A stretch of DNA of 15,722 nucleotides, from assembly GCA_016866975.1 (NCBI GenBank), contig VGKP01000017.1:1-15722 (forward strand). Reading direction: 5' to 3'. The notes under the pieces are model-generated. The model did no database searches and had not been told where the DNA came from. It saw only the letters and a list, made by a program, of their open reading frames with translations. Positions 7,092 to 13,839 of the stretch are shown here, piece by piece; the stretch's first letter is position 1; each line of letters begins with the position of its first letter. The DNA is from Candidatus Pacearchaeota archaeon (GTDB lineage Archaea > Nanobdellota > Nanobdellia > Pacearchaeales > GW2011-AR1). The translations under genes were made by a program, and so were the position numbers.

Positions 7092-8171
7092 TTAAAACCC
7101 ATCGGAAGTCAGCATATACCTCAAGAAAGGGTCTGCTTCAGAATATTTTTTTTCAGGTATATTGGGCACATCATAATCTGCCTCGATAATGACGGGCAGA
7201 TTAGAGTTTTGAGCATGGGTTGCTATAGTTTTAAATTGTTCTCTTGAGACAATTCCTTCAGGGCCAACACCCACACTACCCCATTTCTTTATGAGTGGCC
7301 CATCAAGATAGATCCCCATACCTGTTGCATTGCCGATATGATAAGCTCTTCCCAATGGGGTATAACTCTCCAGAGAAGGGTGTCTTTTAAAATAATCCGG
7401 CCAGGTCTTAATTCGTTCCATCTCAAAGAGCATTCTCTCATCTTCTCCTGCATCGTTTTTACCCATAAAATTAGCACATTGCGAACCTGCCCAATGAGCA
7501 GTATCTAAGATAAGATTTCCTTTAGAAAGAGAAGTTAATGATCCAATATCATTAAAAGGATGGACAAAAATGTAAGGTGTCTTATCTTGCAATTTAGGAT
7601 GGGGTACAAGATGAGCTGTAACTCCATGCTCAATAGCAACGCCAATACCCTTTTAGCGGGCAAGACTTTCTAACGCAGAGAAGCGGGAGGCACATCGGTC
7701 ATAGAGCGCATCTCTCTGAGAATTAAATTGATCAGGAGTCAATATAACGGGGCTTTTCATTCTAAGTGCATTTCTTGAGACAAACAGGCCCACATTAACA
7801 CTCACCGTAACAGGGTATTGCGAAGAGTCCTCTGAACGAAGAGCCGCGACCTGATTGATCACAAGATCTATGAGATCCTTCCCATATTCAGTGTCTTGCT
7901 CTGCGCTAAACGCAAGGCAATGCCTGGATTGAAAGGTGGATTGCGCATGAACAATAGGAAGGCGATATTTCGCCTGGTTAACTTTTTGTTTTTCTAAATT
8001 TTCTTCTCTCATTGCAGGAGGTATAAAAAAGAGAAAAGCTCCCACTTGGAGCGGTCGTCCTATGGATTCGCCATATTTTTCAATGAGTTCTTTTGCTTCA
8101 AGAAATGCCTGAATTTCAGATTCCTTGTGCAACATGACGGGAAGGCCAACTGTAAGTTTTTTATCGCTCAT
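7092..8171 (-). pseudogene. Xylose-isomerase-like/AP-endonuclease-2 TIM-barrel protein (sugar isomerase/epimerase family) interrupted by one in-frame TAA at 7655-7653
   Basis: ORFs 7653..8171 and 7092..7592 are in the same frame. The 20 codons between them are open: ...LESLAR*KGIGVAIEHGVTAHLVPHPK-LQDK.... The joined protein (about 359 aa) has the metal-ligand pattern 'GVAIEH', 'LILDTAH', 'YHIGN', 'PVIIE'. Confidence 0.7.
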
Positions 8172-8192
8172 TTTTTTTCATCCAAAAATGAG

Positions 8193-8200
8193 TATATAAA
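8193..8200 (-). promoter_or_regulatory. Archaeal-type TATA box TTTATATA for the TIM-barrel gene
   Basis: Minus-strand TTTATATA preceded by A-rich ATAAATA; last base 22 nt before the ATG at 8171. Confidence 0.75.
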
Positions 8201-8246
8201 TATTTATGGTCTATAGTGGCACGGTAATCCTATCAAACGATGGCTA

Positions 8247-8360
8247 TCAATTATCTAATGAAGATTGCCTTCTCAAACATTCTGCTACCTGCCTCTCACT
8301 CCGCGCTCTGCATGCTTCGTATAACTCCTTTCCTTTTATGAAAAGCGTATATCCTGCCAT
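8247..8360 (-). CDS. Candidate 37-aa small protein MAGYTLFIKGKELYEACRARSERQVAECLRRQSSLDN
   Basis: Hand-translated; absent from the ORF track. Fills most of the 8172-8420 gap, is co-oriented with its neighbours, is followed by TGA TAG, and has TGTAAATA (8389..8382) ending 22 nt before its ATG. Confidence 0.4.
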   Translation of the reverse strand: MAGYTLFIKGKELYEACRARSERQVAECLRRQSSLDN

Positions 8361-8420
8361 GAGATAAAAGAATATGAAGGTTATTTACATTGTTATTTAT
8401 CCCAAGGTATAGGTTCTGAT

Positions 8421-10145
8421 TTACAAGACGTTCTTCTTATACCACTCCATCGTTCTGCGAATACCTTCATCAAGCGATATCGAAGGCTGCCAGCCAAGTT
8501 CTTGCTTTGCCTTGTTGCAATTCAAAGCAAGTGTTGTTTTAATTGTCGGCTTAGAAGTATCGTATGCAATGGCAAGTTGCCCTCCTGCGGCATCCACGAT
8601 TTTTTTGACAAGCTCACGGATAGAGACAGAGGAGCCGTATCCTATATTATATAGGCCGAATTGGGACTGTTGCTTCTCCAGTGCAAGAATCACAGCGTCA
8701 ACAAGGTCAGAGACATACAACAAATCCCTCTCTTCTTCTCCTGTTCCCCAGACAATAATCTTCCCATCTTTCGGTTGCAGTACTTTCGTCATGGTTGCTC
8801 CAAAGACATGGGACTTCTCAAGGTCAAATTTGTCATGGGGCCCGTAGATGTTAGAATGCCTGAGCACAGTGTATCGTGTCTCTCCAATGCGCGAATAGAA
8901 TTCACACATCTTTTCAATATAGACTTTGGTCCAGCCGACTCCAAAATAGCTCTTAAACAGTTCTTTGTTAGCATCAAAATCACTCTCTAGCACAGGCCGC
9001 TCAGAAGGCTGATACATGACGCTGCAGCTGAAAAAAACAACTTGCTTAACTTTGCAGTCATGGGCTGCTCTGAAGATTAGCGAATTCATAATCGCATTGT
9101 CCGTGACATGAAAATACGGGCGCGTGACAATATCCTTTGCCCCTGAAGTCGTGGCAGCCGCCTGAATGATGACATCCATGCCAGATACAACACATCTTAC
9201 TTCTTCTTCGTTGCACAAATCAGCTTTCTTCAACTGCAATCCAGGCAATGAAAAGGGCTGGCTGTGATGATACGTACCATAAAGTTCAAGATTCTCCTTT
9301 CCCGCAAGCCGTTCAGCAATATTTCTCCCAATAAATCCTGAGACACCACAAATAAGCACTTTCGTTTTCTGGGGAGATAATTTCTGCTGCTTAAATTCAA
9401 GAATCACTTCCTTAGAGGATTTATTCATAAAAGGAAACATGTTCAGAAGTTTGGCGTGGGCAATGTTCCCAGTAGCATAACGGTACTGACCGAATGTTAC
9501 ATTTTTCCCGAGAAGTTCTGCAACTTCTTTGAGAGCGATATTTCTTGTGGCAACTACATTATACACGCCCACTATATTCTGGCTGAGTGCCTGCGTGACA
9601 ATCTTGAGAAGGTCAGAGTGAAGCACATAGTTAAACTCTGCATCAGGCGAGAGTGTCAATGTAGGGAATGTATCTTCAATGATTTTGAGCAGGCTGTTTT
9701 TTCTCGAATATGGCCCGAGAAGGGCGGAGCAGCGCAGGATAAGTGCCTGAGGTGATAGTTTTCGGACAAGAGCTTCAGAAAGGAATTTTGTCAGAGGATA
9801 GATGCAGGCAAGTGCATCAGCAGAAATATTTTCCGCTTCGTCGTGGATTTTGCCATCAGTAGGATACACATCAATCGTAGAAATAAAGATGAATTTTTCA
9901 TGCGGAATTTCCAAAAGGTGCTGGGTAAGAAGAAGATTATCCTGCACATATGCCGCGACTTCTTCGGAAGAAGAGGGCTTTTTTGAATTAAATGCGCAAT
10001 GGATAATCGTGGCAACACCTCTTTCTCTGAGCTGCTGCCATTCTGCATCAGAAGTTTCACGCGATATACCTATAACATTGAGCTTCTCTGCAAGATAACG
10101 CCCTAATCCACTCTTGCTTCCTGTGACAATGATTTTTCCTTCCAT
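8421..10145 (-). CDS. Tandem fusion of two NAD(P)-dependent epimerase/dehydratase (SDR) domains; C-terminal domain GDP-fucose-synthase-like
   Basis: Two Rossmann motifs: 'IIVTGSKSGLG' (with YxxxK 'YPLTK') and 'KVLICGVSGFIG' at about 9360 (with 'RHSNIYGPHDKFD', 'SHV', 'VWGTGEEERDLLYVSD'). TAATG overlap with the upstream gene. Confidence 0.85.
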   Translation of the reverse strand: MEGKIIVTGSKSGLGRYLAEKLNVIGISRETSDAEWQQLRERGVATIIHCAFNSKKPSSSEEVAAYVQDNLLLTQHLLEIPHEKFIFISTIDVYPTDGKIHDEAENISADALACIYPLTKFLSEALVRKLSPQALILRCSALLGPYSRKNSLLKIIEDTFPTLTLSPDAEFNYVLHSDLLKIVTQALSQNIVGVYNVVATRNIALKEVAELLGKNVTFGQYRYATGNIAHAKLLNMFPFMNKSSKEVILEFKQQKLSPQKTKVLICGVSGFIGRNIAERLAGKENLELYGTYHHSQPFSLPGLQLKKADLCNEEEVRCVVSGMDVIIQAAATTSGAKDIVTRPYFHVTDNAIMNSLIFRAAHDCKVKQVVFFSCSVMYQPSERPVLESDFDANKELFKSYFGVGWTKVYIEKMCEFYSRIGETRYTVLRHSNIYGPHDKFDLEKSHVFGATMTKVLQPKDGKIIVWGTGEEERDLLYVSDLVDAVILALEKQQSQFGLYNIGYGSSVSIRELVKKIVDAAGGQLAIAYDTSKPTIKTTLALNCNKAKQELGWQPSISLDEGIRRTMEWYKKNVL

Positions 10146-11137
10146 TAGACAAATTTTTTTTCCGTGAACACATTGTATCTCTTTCCTACAATCTCTTTAT
10201 TCTCCTTATACCACTGCATGACTTCCTTGATGCCCTCCTCTAAGGAGACTGTAGGCTCCCACCCCAGAGCCTTTGCTTTGCTGATATCCATGACCCTCTT
10301 CCTGTCTCCTGAAGGCTTTGACGTGTCCCACACAATCTTTGGTTTCTGTTCAAGGTTGTTAACGATAATATCAACAATCTGCTTGACTGTATATCCCTGC
10401 CCACTGCCAAAATTAATCGGCGAGGGATGGCATTTTTCAAGTGCAAACAGCATACCTCGCGCAACATCTTTTGCATGAATAAAGTCGCGTACCGGGGTTC
10501 CATCACCCCATACAACCAAAGGGTCTTCACCGCTCATCGCTCTCGCGATAAGGGATGGGATGACCATTGCGTTTGCAGGGTCAAAGTTGTCATACGGTCC
10601 GTAGGTATTGGCAGGCCTCACGACAGCCAGATTCATCGAGCCATATTCTTTGCGGTAGGCTTCCACCTGAAGCTCACCCATACGTTTCGCCCAACCTGCA
10701 AATTTGTCATTTTCAGAGGGAAATGTTTTCCAAACATCATCTTCGTGGAATACTTCTGCAGGAGCATAAACTCCAATCGTGCTCGTATAGAGGATACGTT
10801 CAGCTCCTGATTGGCGTGCTGCTTCGAGCATGTTAGTGTTAAACAGAATCGTGGGAACAAAAAAGCTCGCAGGTTTCTCAGCAGTCATTTTCGGAGAGCC
10901 TTTGATGCCTGCAAGATGAAAAACAATATCCATGCCTTTGCAGGCAAGCAAGCAATTGTTGATGTCCATAAGGTTGACTTTCATGAATTCTGCTTGTGGA
11001 TGTGCGCGCGAAGGGTCATCGAGAGAGGCGATGCGGACGCTCGCGCCTTGCTCAATAAGAAGCTGGACAAGTTGCCTTCCAATCATCCCCGTTCCCCCCG
11101 TAACAAGTATTTTCTTGCCTTGATAAAAGTTCATCAT
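10145..11137 (-). CDS. GDP-L-fucose-synthase-like extended SDR (NDP-sugar epimerase/reductase)
   Basis: 'KILVTGGTGMIG', 'VFHLAG', 'RPANTYGPYDNFD', 'VWGDGTPVRDFIHAKD', 'WDTSKPSG'. Start MMNF at 11137 (ATGA overlap with upstream TGA; GAGGT SD-like sequence upstream). Confidence 0.85.
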   Translation of the reverse strand: MMNFYQGKKILVTGGTGMIGRQLVQLLIEQGASVRIASLDDPSRAHPQAEFMKVNLMDINNCLLACKGMDIVFHLAGIKGSPKMTAEKPASFFVPTILFNTNMLEAARQSGAERILYTSTIGVYAPAEVFHEDDVWKTFPSENDKFAGWAKRMGELQVEAYRKEYGSMNLAVVRPANTYGPYDNFDPANAMVIPSLIARAMSGEDPLVVWGDGTPVRDFIHAKDVARGMLFALEKCHPSPINFGSGQGYTVKQIVDIIVNNLEQKPKIVWDTSKPSGDRKRVMDISKAKALGWEPTVSLEEGIKEVMQWYKENKEIVGKRYNVFTEKKFV

Positions 11138-12114
11138 GAGTGTACCTCTCTCGCAACGGCTAGCCTGCAATGATCAAGAAGGTATTTAATACTTTCTTCA
11201 AAAGAATACTTTGGCTTCCATCCTGTTTCTCTTTCAAATTTGGAAGTATCTGGTATCTGCAGAGTCACATCCACAGGTCGCAATAGCGTAAGTTCGACTC
11301 TCGAAGGGATAGTGCATTGTGCAAGTTTCTTCAAAACATCAAGGAATTGCCCGACCGTGATGACAGTATTGCCCCCAATATTATAGATTTCTCCAGGTCT
11401 TCCTTTCGTCATGGCAATCCAGTAGGATTCCATAGCATCACGGACATCAATGAGTGTCCGCGTGGAGTCGAGATTGCCATGGAGCAATTCTTTTTGCAGA
11501 CCAGCTTCAATGCGCGCAACCTGCATTGCAAAGGACGTTGCAAAGAGATCGGTTCTTCGCGGATTGAGGTACGCAAACATACGAGTGCGGATAACGGGAA
11601 TGCCATAACTCTTGAAATAAGTGAGTCCCAGGGAATCCTGTGCCATCTTTGACACTGCATAAGGATTGACAGGCTGTACGGGACAGTCTTCAGTGATAGG
11701 CACGTGCCGAGGGTCAACTTGCCCATACAGTTCAGAAGTGCTGCAGATTTGAACGAGAGGTTTGGTGCCTGAAAGGCGTATAGCTTCAAAAAGATTTGCA
11801 GTGCCCATAATATTATTATGCAAGACAGAAAGCGGATTAACAAAAGATGCGCGGACATTGGCGTGGGAAGCAATATGAAAAATAGCATCAGGTTGAACTT
11901 TGCGAATGACTTCAAAAACAGCAGAGAAGTCAGTAAGGTCGCATTCATGGAGATTTATTTTATCTTTAATCAAAGAGATATTCTGGTGCGTGGATGTGCT
12001 ATGCCAACGTGTGATTCCATGGATATCTACATCCGGATGGTTCTGTGCAATATATTCTGCAAGATAACTTCCGCCGGATCCGGTAACGCCAGTAATCAGT
12101 GCCTTTTTTATCAT
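11134..12114 (-). CDS. GDP-sugar 4,6-dehydratase (Gmd/DmhA/Rmd family; resembles GDP-heptose 4,6-dehydratase DmhA)
   Basis: 'ALITGVTGSGGSYLA', catalytic 'STSELYG' (Thr/Glu) and 'PYAVSK'. Segments 'G..RW', 'PRRTDLF', 'QVARIEAG', 'GNLDSTRTLIDVRDA', 'LRPVD' resemble DmhA as recalled. Start MIKKA at 12114. Confidence 0.8.
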   Translation of the reverse strand: MIKKALITGVTGSGGSYLAEYIAQNHPDVDIHGITRWHSTSTHQNISLIKDKINLHECDLTDFSAVFEVIRKVQPDAIFHIASHANVRASFVNPLSVLHNNIMGTANLFEAIRLSGTKPLVQICSTSELYGQVDPRHVPITEDCPVQPVNPYAVSKMAQDSLGLTYFKSYGIPVIRTRMFAYLNPRRTDLFATSFAMQVARIEAGLQKELLHGNLDSTRTLIDVRDAMESYWIAMTKGRPGEIYNIGGNTVITVGQFLDVLKKLAQCTIPSRVELTLLRPVDVTLQIPDTSKFERETGWKPKYSFEESIKYLLDHCRLAVAREVHS

Positions 12115-12142
12115 CTTAATAATAGTAGAAATACACAACCGC

Positions 12143-12159
12143 AATCCTTTTTAAGGATT
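12143..12159. promoter_or_regulatory. Palindromic element in the 69-bp divergent intergenic region containing back-to-back TATA-like boxes
   Basis: AATCCTT-TTT-AAGGATT inverted repeat. It reads TTTTTAAG on + and CTTAAAAA on - (both 12148-12155), between divergent starts at 12114 and 12184. Confidence 0.5.
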
Positions 12160-12183
12160 ATTGTAGTAGTACCTGAGAGGCAT

Positions 12184-13839
12184 ATGGCAATACAATCTCA
12201 GAATGTGCTTGAAGAAAAGAAAAAAAAGCTCGCGGGCAAGAGCATATTCTTCGCAGCATGGGGGGCAGCAAATAAAAACGACTCACTCTACCAGAATTGG
12301 TATCTTCCTCTAAAGAAGATGGTAAAGCAGGCAATTGTTTTTGATGCAGGGCAGGAATATTTCAGGGAAGGGAAAGAGAAGATGAACAAAAAATTTCTGA
12401 AGAGAGTGGAAGAAATCAAGCCCGATTATATTTTTTTCAATCTTATGTATGACGAATTCGAGCTCTCAACATTGAAGAAGCTGCGTAAAATATCGCCTAA
12501 AACAATACTTGTGAATATCTTTAGCGATGACGACTGGAGATTCGACAACTATTCGCGATACTACAGCCTGTTCATGGATTATGCTCTCACGTGTCACGAT
12601 GTCAGGGCAGAATATGCAAGGGACGGTCAGCAGAAGGCAGTATTTTTCATGGCGACCAACTGCGAACACTTCAGACCCATAGATGAGAAAAGGATTTATG
12701 ATGTAGTTTTCTTTGGCAAGCCGAATCCAAGTAGAATAGAGCTGATGCAGTTGCTGATAAAGAAAGGAATCGCTTTCCATCTTTGGGGTGAAGGATGGGA
12801 GAGATACCCTGAATTCAGGGAGTACTATCACGGCTATCTCCCGGCGGAGGAACTGGTAAGGGTAATCAATCAGAGCAAGATTGTTCTGGGCTTTACAATG
12901 GGGGGATACGGGAAGCCGCAGATTAAAGGAAGGCCCTTTGAAGTTGCAGCATGCAAATCATTCATCTTGGTAGAACATTATGAGAAATATCTCGATTTTT
13001 TCAGGAAAGAGAAAGAAATAGTAATGTTTAAGGATACTGAAGAATTAATAGAAAAAATTCAGTACTATCTCAAACACGAGAAAGAGAGGGAAGAGATTGC
13101 TGCAGCCGCATATAAGAAAGTTATTGCGAGCCACAATCAGCCGAAGGAGATAGAAAAGTTTCTTCTGGGAACATTAGATAAAAAACCTTCTCAGTGGGAA
13201 CTTCCCCCTGTCCAGGGAAGGTATGCTATTCTCTCAGCAAGCGATCTTGCACAGCCGCAGAAAATTATTGAAGATAAGCTTAAGGGAGCTGAATATGTTA
13301 CATTTGCTACCGATAACACAAACCACTCTCTTAGATATTACTTTCAGGCATATGCTCTTGAAAAATCAGGAAAAGAAATCAGCTGCTGCGACTATTACGT
13401 TTCAAAGCCGTTCCTTCACAACTATCTGCTTTTCAAGTCACAGGTCGCTTTCCAGAAGCTTTCTTACCATGAGTTTCACAACACTCTCGATATATCTCAG
13501 TTAATGGTGAGAAAAAAATATTTTCTGGAGCATCTCGATGAAGTGAAGAATTTGCATTCAGCAAATGTTCTGAATAAAGAAAATACAGTGTTCATCTCAA
13601 TTCCATTGGTGACTTTGCACGATTTTAGGGCAGCCGACAGAAAGGTTTTTGAATCAGTATTTCAGATGAAATTCCTGGACAGCCTCTACTCCCTCTACGC
13701 CAGAAGGAGGATTTTTATTAGCTTCTATCCCTATGCACTCCTTATCCATGCAGCTATTAGAAAAACATATATCTTTGGCATAATTCGTAATGCTCTGAAG
13801 GACGCAAAGAAATTATCTAAGCTTAAAGAGGCACATTAA
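12184..13839 (+). CDS. CgeB-like glycosyltransferase (Glyco_trans_1_2 family) with an uncharacterised C-terminal extension of about 210 aa
   Basis: 'YDVVFFGKPNPSR', 'LWGEGW', 'INQSKIVLGF', 'KGRPFEVAAC', 'EELIEKIQYYLKHEKEREEIA'. Start MAIQS at 12184 with GAGAGG upstream; the longer ORF from 11818 overlaps the dehydratase antisense. Confidence 0.85.
   Translation: MAIQSQNVLEEKKKKLAGKSIFFAAWGAANKNDSLYQNWYLPLKKMVKQAIVFDAGQEYFREGKEKMNKKFLKRVEEIKPDYIFFNLMYDEFELSTLKKLRKISPKTILVNIFSDDDWRFDNYSRYYSLFMDYALTCHDVRAEYARDGQQKAVFFMATNCEHFRPIDEKRIYDVVFFGKPNPSRIELMQLLIKKGIAFHLWGEGWERYPEFREYYHGYLPAEELVRVINQSKIVLGFTMGGYGKPQIKGRPFEVAACKSFILVEHYEKYLDFFRKEKEIVMFKDTEELIEKIQYYLKHEKEREEIAAAAYKKVIASHNQPKEIEKFLLGTLDKKPSQWELPPVQGRYAILSASDLAQPQKIIEDKLKGAEYVTFATDNTNHSLRYYFQAYALEKSGKEISCCDYYVSKPFLHNYLLFKSQVAFQKLSYHEFHNTLDISQLMVRKKYFLEHLDEVKNLHSANVLNKENTVFISIPLVTLHDFRAADRKVFESVFQMKFLDSLYSLYARRRIFISFYPYALLIHAAIRKTYIFGIIRNALKDAKKLSKLKEAH

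Noticed and set aside
7653-7655. TAA reassigned or recoded as a sense codon (alternative genetic code)
   Set aside because: TAA ends many clearly complete genes here (1434, 3777, 3780, 5920, 8421, 10145, 13836, 13839), so a nonsense mutation or sequence error is the simpler explanation.
11818-12183. 122-aa N-terminal extension of the GT in the ORF track (673 aa)
   Set aside because: It lies antisense to the dehydratase gene and across the divergent promoter. The ATG at 12184 has an SD-like motif and matches the family start.
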